The translations under genes were made by a program, and so were the position numbers. The notes beneath the pieces were generated by a model. It made no database searches, had not been told where the DNA came from, and saw only the letters and a program-made list of their open reading frames with translations. Of a stretch of 64,000 nucleotides of DNA, positions 40,181-54,900 are shown one piece after another. Source of the stretch: Eledone cirrhosa (taxonomy: Eukaryota); contig OZ024764.1 of assembly GCA_964016885.1 (NCBI GenBank), positions 124,001 to 188,000 on the forward strand. The letters run 5' to 3'. How positions within the stretch are numbered: position 1 is the first letter of the stretch; each line of letters begins with the position of its first letter.

Positions 40181-43100
40181 GACCTATACTAAAGGGCTTC
40201 ACTGATAGGGTTATATGTTATAATTTCCCAGTTGACCTATACTAAAGGGCTTCACTGATAGGGTTATATGTTATAATTTCCCCAGTTGACCTATACTAAA
40301 GGGCTTCACTGATAGGGTTATATGTTATAATTTCCCAGTTGACCTATACTAAAGGGCTTCACTGATAGGGTTATATGTTATAATTCCCCAGTTGACCTAT
40401 ATTAAAGGGCTTCACTGATAGGGTTGTGTGTGTTATAATTTCCCAGTTGACCTGTACTAAAGGGCTTCACTGATAGGGTTATATGTTATAATTCCCCAGT
40501 TGACCTATACTAAAGGACTTCACTGATAGGGTTATATGTTATAATTCCCCAGTTGACCTATACTAAAGGGCTTCACTGATAGGGTTATATGTTATAATTT
40601 CCCAGTTGACCTATACTAAAGGGCTTCACTGATAGGGTTATATGTTATAATTCCCCAGTTGACCTATACTAAAGGGCTTCACTGATAGGGTTATATGTTA
40701 TAATTCCCCAGTTGACCTATACTAAAGGGTTTCACTGATAGGGTTATATGTTATAATTCCCCAGTTGGCCTATACTAAAGGGCTTCACTGATAGGGTTAT
40801 ATGTTATAATTCCCCAGTTGACCTATACTAAAGGGCTTCACTGATAGGGTTATGTGTTATAATTCCCCAGTTGACCTATACTAAAGGGTTTCACTGATAG
40901 GGTTATATGTTATAATTTCCCAGTTGACCTATACTAAAGGGCTTCACTGATAGGGTTATATGTTATAATTCCCCAGTTGACCTATACTAAAGGGCTTCAC
41001 TGATAGGATTATGTGTTATAATTCCCCAGTTGACCTATACTAAAGGGCTTCACTGATAGGGTTATATGTTATAATTCCCTAGTTGACCTATACTAAAGGG
41101 CTTCACTGAGAGGGTTATATGTTATAATTCCCCAGTTGACCTATACGAAAGGGCTTCACTGATAGGGTTATATGTTATAATTCCCCAGTTGACCTATACT
41201 AAAGGGCTTCACTGATAGGGTTATATGTTATAATTCCCCAGTTGACCTATACTAAAGGGCTTCACTGATAGGGTTATATGTTATAATTCCCCAGTTGACC
41301 TATACTAAAGGGCTTCACTGATAGGGTTATATGTTATAATTCCCCAGTTGACCTATACTAAAGGGCTTCACTGATAGGGCTATTTGTTATAATTCCCCAG
41401 TTGACCTATACTAAAGGGCTTCACTGATAGGGTTATATGTTATAATTCCCCAGTTGACCTATACTAAAGGGCTTCACTGATAGGGCTATATGTTATAATT
41501 CCCCAGTTGACCTATACTAAAGGGCTTCACTGATAGGGTTATATGTTATAATTCCCCAGTTGACCTATACTAAAGGGCTTCACTGATAGGGTTATATGTT
41601 ATAATTCCCCAGTTGACCTATACTAAAGGGCTTCACTGATAGGGTTATATGTTATAATTCCCCAGTTGACCTATACTAAAGGACTTCACTGATAGGGTTA
41701 TATGTTATAATTCCCCAGTTGACCTATACTAAAGGGCTTCACTGATAGGGTTATATGTTATAATTTCCCAGTTGACCTATACTAAAGGGCTTCACTGATA
41801 GGGTTATATGTTATAATTCCCCAGTTGACCTATACTAAAGGGCTTCACTGATAGGGTTATATGTTATAATTCCCCAGTTGACCTATACTAAAGGGCTTCA
41901 CTGATAGGGTTATATGTTATAATTTCCCAGTTGACCTATACTAAAGGGCTTCACTGATAGGGTTATATGTTATAATTCCCCAGATGACCTATATTAAAGG
42001 GCTTCACTGATAGGGTTGTGTGTGTTATAATTTCCCAGTTGACCTGTACTAAAGGGCTTCACTGATAGGGTTATATGTTATAATTCCCCAGTTGACCTAT
42101 ACTAAAGGGCTTCACTGATAGGGTTATATGTTATAATTCCCCAGTTGACCTATACTAAAGGACTTCACTGATAGGGTTATATGTTATAATTCCCCAGTTG
42201 ACCTATACTAAAGGGCTTCACTGATAGGGTTATATGTTATAATTCCCCAGTTGACCTATACTAAAGGGTTTCACTGATAGGGTTATATGTTATAATTCCC
42301 CAGTTGGCCTATACTAAAGGGCTTCACTGATAGGGTTATATGTTATAATTCCCCAGTTGACCTATACTAAAGGGCTTCACTGATAGGGTTATGTGTTATA
42401 ATTCCCCAGTTGACCTATACTAAAGGGTTTCACTGATAGGGTTATATGTTATAATTTCCCAGTTGACCTATACTAAAGGGCTTCACTGATAGGGTTATAT
42501 GTTATAATTCCCCAGTTGACCTATACTAAAGGGCTTCACTGATAGGATTATGTGTTATAATTCCCCAGTTGACCTATACTAAAGGGCTTCACTGATAGGG
42601 TTATATGTTATAATTCCCTAGTTGACCTATACTAAAGGGCTTCACTGATAGGGTTATATGTTATAATTCCCCAGTTGACCTATACGAAAGGGCTTCACTG
42701 ATAGGGTTATATGTTATAATTCCCCAGTTGACCTATACTAAAGGGCTTCACTGATAGGGTTATATGTTATAATTCCCCAGTTGACCTATACTAAAGGGCT
42801 TCACTGATAGGGTTATATGTTATAATTCCCCAGTTGACCTATACTAAAGGGCTTCACTGATAGGGTTATATGTTATAATTCCCCAGTTGACCTATACTAA
42901 AGGGCTTCACTGATAGGGCTATATGTTATAATTCCCCAGTTGACCTATACTAAAGGGCTTCACTGATAGGGTTATATGTTATAATTCCCCAGTTGACCTA
43001 TACTAAAGGGCTTCACTGATAGGGCTATATGTTATAATTCCCCAGTTGACCTATACTAAAGGGCTTCACTGATAGGGTTATATGTTATAATTTCCCAGTT

Positions 43101-43560
43101 GACCTATACTAAAGGGCTTCACTGATAGGGTTATATGTTATAATTTCCCAGTTCACCTATACTAAAGGGCTTCACTGATAGGGTTATATATAATTCCCCA
43201 ATTGACCTATACTAAAGGACTTCACTGATAGGGTTATATGTGTTATAATTCCCAGTTGACCTATATTAAAGGGCTTCACTGATAGGGTTATATGTTATAA
43301 TTCCCCAGTTGACCTATACGAAATGCTTCACTGATAGGGTTATATGTTATAATTCCCCAGTTGACCTATACTAAAGGGCTTGACTGATAGGGTTATATGT
43401 TATAATTCCCCAGTTGACCTATACTAAATGCTTCACTGATAGGGTTATATGTTATAATTCCCCAGTTGACCTATACTAAAGGGCTTCACTGATAGGGTTA
43501 TATGTGTTATAATTCCCAGTTGACCTATATTAAAGGGCTTCACTGATAGGGTTATATGTT
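36780..43560. repeat. Tandem duplication with period 3394 bp (~64 monomers)
   Basis: Markers: CCTATATT 37008/40402, CTGAGAGG 37716/41110, CAGATGAC 38590/41984, TACGAAATGC 39926/43320. Confidence 0.9.
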
Positions 43561-45150
43561 ATAATTCCCCAGTTGACCTATACTAAATGCTTCACTGATA
43601 GGGTTATATGTTATAATTCCCCAGTTGACCTATACTAAAGGGCTTCACTGATAGGGTTATATGTTATAATTTCCCAGTTGACCTATACTAAAGGGCTCCA
43701 CTGATAGGGTTATATGTTATAATTTCCCAGTTGGCCTATACTAAAGGGCTTCACTGATAGGGATATATGTGTTATAATTCCCCAGTTGACCTATACTAAA
43801 GGACTTCACTGATAGGGTTATATGTTATAATTCCCCAGTTGACCTATACTAAAGGGCTTCACTGATAGGATTATGTGTTATAATTCCCCAGTTGACCTAT
43901 ACTAAAGGGCTTCACTGATAGGGTTATATGTTATAATTCCCTAGTTGACCTATACTAAAGGGCTTCACTGATAGGGTTATATGTTATAATTCCCCAGTTG
44001 ACCTATACGAAAGGGCTTCACTGATAGGGTTATATGTTATAATTCCCCAGTTGACCTATACTAAAGGGCTTCACTGATAGGGTTATATGTTATAATTCCC
44101 CAGTTGACCTATACTAAAGGGCTTCACTGATAGGGTTATATGTTATAATTCCCCAGTTGACCTATACTAAAGGGCTTCACTGATAGGGTTATATGTTATA
44201 ATTCCCCAGTTGACCTATACTAAAGGGCTTCACTGATAGGGCTATATGTTATAATTCCCCAGTTGACCTATACTAAAGGGCTTCACTGATAGGGTTATAT
44301 GTTATAATTCCCCAGTTGACCTATACTAAAGGGCTTCACTGATAGGGCTATATGTTATAATTCCCCAGTTGACCTATACTAAAGGGCTTCACTGATAGGG
44401 TTATATGTTATAATTTCCCAGTTGACCTATACTAAAGGGCTTCACTGATAGGGTTATATGTTATAATTTCCCAGTTCACCTATACTAAAGGGCTTCACTG
44501 ATAGGGTTATATATAATTCCCCAATTGACCTATACTAAAGGACTTCACTGATAGGGTTATATGTGTTATAATTCCCAGTTGACCTATATTAAAGGGCTTC
44601 ACTGATAGGGTTATATGTTATAATTCCCCAGTTGACCTATACGAAATGCTTCACTGATAGGGTTATATGTTATAATTCCCCAGTTGACCTATACTAAAGG
44701 GCTTGACTGATAGGGTTATATGTTATAATTCCCCAGTTGACCTATACTAAATGCTTCACTGATAGGGTTATATGTTATAATTCCCCAGTTGACCTATACT
44801 AAAGGGCTTCACTGATAGGGTTATATGTGTTATAATTCCCAGTTGACCTATATTAAAGGGCTTCACTGATAGGGTTATATGTTATAATTCCCCAGTTGAC
44901 CTATACTAAATGCTTCACTGATAGGGTTATATGTTATAATTCCCCAGTTGACCTATACTAAAGGGCTTCACTGATAGGGTTATATGTTATAATTTCCCAG
45001 TTGACCTATACTAAAGGGCTCCACTGATAGGGTTATATGTTATAATTTCCCAGTTGGCCTATACTAAAGGGCTTCACTGATAGGGATATATGTGTTATAA
45101 TTCCCCAGTTGACCTATACTAAAGGACTTCACTGATAGGGTTATATGTTA
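42500..45150. repeat. Tandem duplication with period 1323 bp (25 monomers)
   Basis: Markers: TACGAAATGC 43320/44643, GGGCTCCAC 43698/45021. Confidence 0.85.
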
Positions 45151-48100
45151 TAATTCCCCAGTTGACCTATACTAAAGGGCTTCACTGATAGGGTTATATG
45201 TTATAATTCCCCAGTTGGCCTATACTAAAGGGCTTCACTGATAGGGTTATATGTTATAATTCCCCAGTTGACCTATACTAAAGGGTTTCACTGATAGGGT
45301 TATATGTTATAATTCCCCAGTTGACCTATACTAAAGGGGTTCACTGATAGGGTTATATGTTATAATTTCCCAGTTGGCCTATACTAAAGGGCTTCACTGA
45401 TAGGGTTATATGTTATAATTCCCCAGTTGACCTATATTAAAGGGCTTCACTGATAGGGTTATATGTTATAATTCCCCAGTTGACCTATACTAAAGGGCTT
45501 CACTGATAGGGTTATATGTTATAATTCCCCAGTTGACCTATACTAAAGGGTTTCACTGATAGGGTTATATGTTATAATTCCCCAGTTGACCTATACTAAA
45601 GGGTTTCACTGATAGGGTTATATGTTATAATTCCCCAGTTGACCTATACTAAAGGGCTTCACTGATAGGGTTATATGTTATAATTTCCCAGTTGACCTAT
45701 ACTAAAGGGCTTCACTGATAGGGTTATATGTTATAATTTCCCAGTTCACCTATACTAAAGGGCTTCACTGATAGGGTTATATATAATTCCCCAGTTGACC
45801 TATACTAAAGGACTTCACTGATAGGGTTATATGTTATAATTCCCCAGTTGACCTATACTAAAGGACTTCACTGATAGGGTTATATGTTATAATTTCCCAG
45901 TTCACCTATACTAAAGGGCTTCACTGATAGGGCTATATGTTATAATTCCCCAGTTGACCTATACTAAAGGGCTTCACTGATAGGGTTATATGTTATAATT
46001 CCCCAGTTGACCTATACTAAAGGGCTTCACTGATAGGGTTATATGTTATAATTCCCCAGTTGACCTATACTAAAGGGCTTCACTGATAGGGTTATATGTT
46101 ATAATTCCCCAGTTGACCTATACTAAAGGACTTCACTGATAGGGTTATATGTTATAATTCCCCAGTTGACCTATACTAAAGGGCTTCACTGATAGGGTTA
46201 TATGTTATAATTTCCCAGTTGACCTATACTAAAGGGCTTCACTGATAGGGTTATATGTTATAATTCCCCAGTTGACCTATACTAAAGGGCTTCACTGATA
46301 GGGTTATATGTTATAATTCCCCAGTTGACCTATACTAAAGGGCTTCACTGATAGGGTTATATGTTATAATTTCCCAGTTGACCTATACTAAAGGGCTTCA
46401 CTGATAGGGTTATATGTTATAATTCCCCAGATGACCTATATTAAAGGGCTTCACTGATAGGGTTGTGTGTGTTATAATTTCCCAGTTGACCTGTACTAAA
46501 GGGCTTCACTGATAGGGTTATATGTTATAATTCCCCAGTTGACCTATACTAAAGGGCTTCACTGATAGGGTTATATGTTATAATTCCCCAGTTGACCTAT
46601 ACTAAAGGACTTCACTGATAGGGTTATATGTTATAATTCCCCAGTTGACCTATACTAAAGGGCTTCACTGATAGGGTTATATGTTATAATTCCCCAGTTG
46701 ACCTATACTAAAGGGTTTCACTGATAGGGTTATATGTTATAATTCCCCAGTTGGCCTATACTAAAGGGCTTCACTGATAGGGTTATATGTTATAATTCCC
46801 CAGTTGACCTATACTAAAGGGCTTCACTGATAGGGTTATGTGTTATAATTCCCCAGTTGACCTATACTAAAGGGTTTCACTGATAGGGTTATATGTTATA
46901 ATTTCCCAGTTGACCTATACTAAAGGGCTTCACTGATAGGGTTATATGTTATAATTCCCCAGTTGACCTATACTAAAGGGCTTCACTGATAGGATTATGT
47001 GTTATAATTCCCCAGTTGACCTATACTAAAGGGCTTCACTGATAGGGTTATATGTTATAATTCCCTAGTTGACCTATACTAAAGGGCTTCACTGATAGGG
47101 TTATATGTTATAATTCCCCAGTTGACCTATACGAAAGGGCTTCACTGATAGGGTTATATGTTATAATTCCCCAGTTGACCTATACTAAACGGCTTCACTG
47201 ATAGGGTTATATGTTATAATTCCCCAGTTGACCTATACTAAAGGGCTTCACTGATAGGGTTATATGTTATGATTCCCCAGTTGACCTATACTAAAGGGCT
47301 TCACTGATAGGGCTATATGTTATAATTCCCCAGTTGACCTATACTAAAGGGCTTCACTGATAGGGTTATATGTTATAATTCCCCAGTTGACCTATACTAA
47401 AGGGCTTCACTGATAGGGCTATATGTTATAATTCCCCAGTTGACCTATACTAAAGGGCTTCACTGATAGGGTTATATGTTATAATTTCCCAGTTGACCTA
47501 TACTAAAGGGCTTCACTGATAGGGTTATATGTTATAATTTCCCAGTTCACCTATACTAAAGGGCTTCACTGATAGGGTTATATATAATTCCCCAATTGAC
47601 CTATACTAAAGGACTTCACTGATAGGGTTATATGTGTTATAATTCCCAGTTGACCTATATTAAAGGGCTTCACTGATAGGGTTATATGTTATAATTCCCC
47701 AGTTGACCTATACGAAATGCTTCACTGATAGGGTTATATGTTATAATTCCCCAGTTGACCTATACTAAAGGGCTTGACTGATAGGGTTATATGTTATAAT
47801 TCCCCAGTTGACCTATACTAATTGCTTCACTGATAGGGTTATATGTTATAATTCCCCAGTTGACCTATACTAAAGGGCTTCACTGATAGGGTTATATGTG
47901 TTATAATTCCCAGTTGACCTATATTAAAGGGCTTCACTGATAGGGTTATATGTTATAATTCCCCAGTTGACCTATACTAAATGCTTCACTGATAGGGTTA
48001 TATGTTATAATTCCCCAGTTGACCTATACTAAAGGGCTTCACTGATAGGGTTATATGTTATAATTTCCCAGTTGACCTATACTAAAGGGCTCCACTGATA

Positions 48101-48265
48101 GGGTTATATGTTATAATTTCCCAGTTGGCCTATACTAAAGGGCTTCACTGATAGGGATATATGTGTTATAATTCCCCAGTTGACCTATACTAAAGGACTT
48201 CACTGATAGGGTTATATGTTATAATTCCCCAGTTGACCTATACTAAAGGGCTTCACTGATAGGGT
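43830..48265. repeat. At least 4.4-kb segment duplicated at ~59565-64000 (offset 15735; the second copy runs off the window)
   Basis: Markers: TACGAAATGC 44643/60378 and 47714/63449, CAGATGAC 46431/62166, ACTAATTGC 47822/63557. Confidence 0.9.
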
Positions 48266-48980
48266 TATATGTTATAATTCCCCAGTTGGCCTATACTAAA
48301 GGGCTTCACTGATAGGGTTATATGTTATAATTCCCCAGTTGACCTATACTAAAGGGTTTCACTGATAGGGTTATATGTTATAATTCCCCAGTTGACCTAT
48401 ACTAAAGGGGTTCACTGATAGGGTTATATGTTATAATTTCCCAGTTGGCCTATACTAAAGGGCTTCACTGATAGGGTTATATGTTATAATTCCCCAGTTG
48501 ACCTATATTAAAGGGCTTCACTGATAGGGTTATATGTTATAATTCCCCAGTTGACCTATACTAAAGGGCTTCACTGATAGGGTTATATGTTATAATTCCC
48601 CAGTTGACCTATACTAAAGGGTTTCACTGATAGGGTTATATGTTATAATTCCCCAGTTGACCTATACTAAAGGGTTTCACTGATAGGGTTATATGTTATA
48701 ATTCCCCAGTTGACCTATACTAAAGGGCTTCACTGATAGGGTTATATGTTATAATTTCCCAGTTGACCTATACTAAAGGGCTTCACTGATAGGGTTATAT
48801 GTTATAATTTCCCAGTTCACCTATACTAAAGGGCTTCACTGATAGGGTTATATATAATTCCCCAGTTGACCTATACTAAAGGACTTCACTGATAGGGTTA
48901 TATGTTATAATTCCCCAGTTGACCTATACTAAAGGACTTCACTGATAGGGTTATATGTTATAATTTCCCAGTTCACCTAT
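44200..48980. repeat. Segment ~44200-45910 repeated at ~47270-48980 (offset 3071, 58 monomers)
   Basis: Markers: TACGAAATGC 44643/47714, AAAGGGGTT 45339/48410. Confidence 0.82.
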
Positions 48981-51900
48981 ACTAAAGGGCTTCACTGATA
49001 GGGTTATATATAATTCCCCAATTGACCTATACTAAAGGACTTCACTGATAGGGTTATATGTGTTATAATTCCCAGTTGACCTATATTAAAGGGCTTCACT
49101 GATAGGGTTATATGTTATAATTCCCCAGTTGACCTATACTAAATGCTTCACTGATAGGGTTATATGTTATAATTCCCCAGTTGACCTATACTAAAGGGCT
49201 TCACTGATAGCGTTATATGTTATAATTTCCCAGTTGACCTATACTAAAGGGCTTCACTGATAGGTTTATATGTTATAATTCCCCAGTTGACCTATACTAA
49301 ATGCTTCACTGATAGGGTTATATGTTATAATTCCCCAGTTGACCTATACTAAAGGGCTTCACTGATAGGGTTATATGTGTTATAATTCCCAGTTGACCTA
49401 TATTAAAGGGCTTCACTGATAGGGTTATATGTTATAATTCCCCAGTTGACCTATACTAAATGCTTCACTGATAGGGTTATATGTTATAATTCCCCAGTTG
49501 ACCTATACTAAAGGGCTTCACTGATAGGGTTATATGTTATAATTTCCCAGTTGACCTATACTAAAGGGCTCCACTGATAGGGTTATATGTTATAATTTCC
49601 CAGTTGGCCTATACTAAAGGGTTTCACTGATAGGGTTATATGTTATAATTTCCCAGTTGGCCTATACTAAAGGGCTTCACTGATAGGGTTATGTGTTATA
49701 ATTCCCCAGTTGACCTATACTAAGGGGCTTCACTGATAGGGTTATATGTTATAATTCCCCAGTTGACCTATACTAAAGTACTTCACTGATAGGGTTATAT
49801 GTTATAATTCCCCAGTTGACCTATACTAAAGGGCTTCACTGATAGGGTTATATGTTATAATTCCCCAGTTGACCTATACTAAAGGACTTCACTGATAGGG
49901 TTATATGTTATAATTCCCCAGTTGACCTATACTAAAGGGCTTCACTGATAGGGTTATATGTTATAATTTCCCAGTTGACCTATACTAAAGGGCTTCACTG
50001 ATAGGGTTATATGTTATAATTCCCCAGTTGACCTATACTAAAGGGCTTCACTGATAAGGTTATATGTTATAATTTCCCAGTTGACCTATACTAAAGGGCT
50101 TCACTGATAGGGTTATATGTTATAATTCCCCAGTTGACCTATATTAAAGGGCTTCACTGATAGGGTTGTGTGTGTTATAATTTCCCAGTTGACCTGTACT
50201 AAAGGACTTCACTGATAGGGTTATATGTTATAATTCCCCAGTTGACCTATACTAAAGAGCTTCACTGATAGGGTTATATGTTATAATTTCCCAGTTGACC
50301 TATACTAAAGGGCTTCACTGATAGGGTTATATGTTATAATTTCCCAGTTGACCTATACTAAAGGGTTTCACTGATAGGGTTATATGTTATAATTTCCCAG
50401 TTGGCCTATACTAAAGGGCTTCACTGATAGGGTTATATGTTATAATTTCCCAGTTGACCTATACTAAAGGGTTTCACTGATAGGGTTATATGTTATAATT
50501 TACCAGTTGGCCTATACTAAAGGACTTCACTGATAGGGTTATATGTTATAAATCCCCAGTTGACCTATACTAAAGGACTTCACTGATAGGGTTATATGTT
50601 ATAATTCCCCAGTTGACCTATACTAAAGGGCTTCACTGATAGGGTTATATGTTATAATTTCCCAGTTGACCTATACTAAAGGGTTTCACCGATAGGGTTA
50701 TATGTTATAATTCCCCAGTTGGCCTATACTAAAGGGCTTCACTGATAGGGTTATATGTTATAATTCCCCAGTTGACCTATACTAAAGGGCTTCACTGATA
50801 GGGTTATATGTTATAATTTCCCAGTTGACCTATACTAAAGGGCTTCACTGATAGGGTTATATGTTATAATTCCCCAGTTGACCTATACTAAAGGGCTTCA
50901 CTGATAGGGTTATATGTTATAATTTCCCAGTTGACCTATACTAAAGGGCTTCACTGATAGGGTTATATGTTATAATTCCCCAGTTGACCTATACTAAAGG
51001 GCTTCACTGTTAGGGTTATATGTTATAATTCCCCAGTTGACCTATACTAAAGGGCTTCACTGATAGGGTTATATGTTATAATTCCCCAGTTGACCTATAC
51101 TAAAGGGCTTCACTGATAGGGTTATATGTTATAATTTCCCAGTTGACCTATACTAAGGGGCTTCACTGATAGGGTTATGTGTGTTATAATTCCCCAGTTG
51201 ACCTATACTAAAGGACTTCACTGATAGGGTTATATGTTATAATTCCCCAGTTGACCTATACTAAAGGACTTCACTGATAGGGTTATATGTTATAATTCCC
51301 CAGTTGACCTATACTAAAGGGCTTCACTGATAGGGTTATATGTTATAATTTCCCAGTTGACCTATACTAAAGGGCTTCACTGATAGGGTTATATGTTATA
51401 ATTTCCCAGTTGACCTATACTAAAGGGTTTCACTGATAGGGTTATATGTTATAATTTCCCAGTTGGCCTATACTAAAGGGCTTCACTGATAGGGTTATAT
51501 GTTATAATTCCCCAGTTGACCTATACTAAAGGGTTTCACTGATAGGGTTATATGTTATAATTTCCCAGTTGGCCTAAACTAAAGGACTTCACTGATAGGG
51601 TTATATGTTATAATTCCCCAGTTGACCTATACTAAAGGACTTCACTGATAGGGTTATATGTTATAATTCCCCAGTTGACCTATACTAAAGGGCTTCACTG
51701 ATAGGGTTATATGTTATAATTTCCAGTTGACCTATACTAAAGGGTTTCACTGATAGGGTTATATGTTATAATTCCCCAGTTGGCCTATACTAAAGGGCTT
51801 CACTGATAGGGTTATATGTTATAATTCCCCAGTTGACCTATACTAAAGGGCTTCACTGATAGGGTTATATGTTATAATTTCCCAGTTGACCTATACTAAA

Positions 51901-54900
51901 GGGCTTCACTGATAGGGTTATATGTTATAATTCCCCAGTTGACCTATACTAAAGGGCTTCACTGATAGGGTTATATGTTATAATTTCCCAGTTGACCTAT
52001 ACTAAAGGGCTTCACTGATAGGGTTATATGTTATAATTCCCCAGTTGACCTATACTAATGGGCTTCACTGTTAGGGTTATATGTTATAATTCCCCAGTTG
52101 ACCTATACTAAAGGGCTTCACTGATAGGGTTATACGTTATAATTCCCCAGTTGACCTATACTAAAGGGCTTCACTGATAGGGTTATATGTTATAATTTCC
52201 CAGTTGACCTATACTAAAGGGCTTCACTGATAGGGTTATATGTTATAATTTCCCAGTTGACCTATACTAAAGGGCTTCACTGATAGGGTTATATGTTATA
52301 ATTTCCCCAGTTGACCTATACTAAAGGGCTTCACTGATCGGGTTATATGTTATAATTTCCCAGTTGACCTATACTAAAGGGCTTCACTGATAGGGTTATA
52401 TGTTATAATTCCCCAGTTGACCTATACTAAAGGGCTTCACTGATAGGGTTATATGTTATAATTCCCCAGTTGACCTATACTAAAGGGCTTCACTGATAGG
52501 GTTATATGTTATAATTCCCCAGTTGACCTATACTAAAGGGCTTCACTGATAGGGTTATATGTTATAATTCCCCAGTTGACCTATACTAAAGGGCTTCACT
52601 GATAGGGTTATATGTTATAATTCCCCAGTTGACCTATACTAAAGGGTTTCACTGATAGGGTTATATGTTATAATTTCCCAGTTGACCTATACTAAAGGGT
52701 TTCACTGATAGGGTTATATGTTATAATTCCCCAGTTGGCCTATACTAAAGGGCTTCAGTGATAGGGTTATATGTTATAATTTCCCAGTTGACCTATACTA
52801 AAGGGCTTCACTGATAGGGTTATATGTCATAATTCCCCAGTTGACCTATACTAAAGGGCTTCACTGTTAGGGTTATATGTTATAATTCCCCAGTTGACCT
52901 ATACTAAAGGGCTTCACTGATAGGGTTATATGTTATAATTCCCCAGTTGACCTATACTAAAGGGCTTCACTGATAGGGTTATATGTTATAATTTCCCAGT
53001 TGACCTATACTAAAGGGCTTCACTGATAGGGTTATATGTTATAATTTCCCAGTTCACCTATACTAAAGGGCTTCACTGATAGGGTTATATATAATTCCCC
53101 AGTTGACCTATACTAAAGGACTTCACTGATAGGGTTATATGTTATAATTCCCCAGTTGACCTATACTAAAGGACTTCACTGATAGGGTTATATGTTATAA
53201 TTTCCCAGTTCACCTATACTAAAGGGCTTCACTGATAGGGTTATATATAATTCCCCAATTGACCTATACTAAAGGACTTCACTGATAGGGTTATATGTGT
53301 TATAATTCCCAGTTGACCTATATTAAAGGGCTTCACTGATAGGGTTATATGTTATAATTCCCCAGTTGACCTATACTAAATGCTTCACTGATAGGGTTAT
53401 ATGTTATAATTCCCCAGTTGACCTATACTAAAGGGCTTCACTGATAGCGTTATATGTTATAATTTCCCAGTTGACCTATACTAAAGGGCTTCACTGATAG
53501 GTTTATATGTTATAATTCCCCAGTTGACCTATACTAAATGCTTCACTGATAGGGTTATATGTTATAATTCCCCAGTTGACCTATACTAAAGGGCTTCACT
53601 GATAGGGTTATATGTGTTATAATTCCCAGTTGACCTATATTAAAGGGCTTCACTGATAGGGTTATATGTTATAATTCCCCAGTTGACCTATACTAAATGC
53701 TTCACTGATAGGGTTATATGTTATAATTCCCCAGTTGACCTATACTAAAGGGCTTCACTGATAGGGTTATATGTTATAATTTCCCAGTTGACCTATACTA
53801 AAGGGCTCCACTGATAGGGTTATATGTTATAATTTCCCAGTTGGCCTATACTAAAGGGTTTCACTGATAGGGTTATATGTTATAATTTCCCAGTTGGCCT
53901 ATACTAAAGGGCTTCACTGATAGGGTTATGTGTTATAATTCCCCAGTTGACCTATACTAAGGGGCTTCACTGATAGGGTTATATGTTATAATTCCCCAGT
54001 TGACCTATACTAAAGTACTTCACTGATAGGGTTATATGTTATAATTCCCCAGTTGACCTATACTAAAGGGCTTCACTGATAGGGTTATATGTTATAATTC
54101 CCCAGTTGACCTATACTAAAGGACTTCACTGATAGGGTTATATGTTATAATTCCCCAGTTGACCTATACTAAAGGGCTTCACTGATAGGGTTATATGTTA
54201 TAATTTCCCAGTTGACCTATACTAAAGGGCTTCACTGATAGGGTTATATGTTATAATTCCCCAGTTGACCTATACTAAAGGGCTTCACTGATAAGGTTAT
54301 ATGTTATAATTTCCCAGTTGACCTATACTAAAGGGCTTCACTGATAGGGTTATATGTTATAATTCCCCAGTTGACCTATATTAAAGGGCTTCACTGATAG
54401 GGTTGTGTGTGTTATAATTTCCCAGTTGACCTGTACTAAAGGACTTCACTGATAGGGTTATATGTTATAATTCCCCAGTTGACCTATACTAAAGAGCTTC
54501 ACTGATAGGGTTATATGTTATAATTTCCCAGTTGACCTATACTAAAGGGCTTCACTGATAGGGTTATATGTTATAATTTCCCAGTTGACCTATACTAAAG
54601 GGTTTCACTGATAGGGTTATATGTTATAATTTCCCAGTTGGCCTATACTAAAGGGCTTCACTGATAGGGTTATATGTTATAATTTCCCAGTTGACCTATA
54701 CTAAAGGGTTTCACTGATAGGGTTATATGTTATAATTTACCAGTTGGCCTATACTAAAGGACTTCACTGATAGGGTTATATGTTATAAATCCCCAGTTGA
54801 CCTATACTAAAGGACTTCACTGATAGGGTTATATGTTATAATTCCCCAGTTGACCTATACTAAAGGGCTTCACTGATAGGGTTATATGTTATAATTTCCC

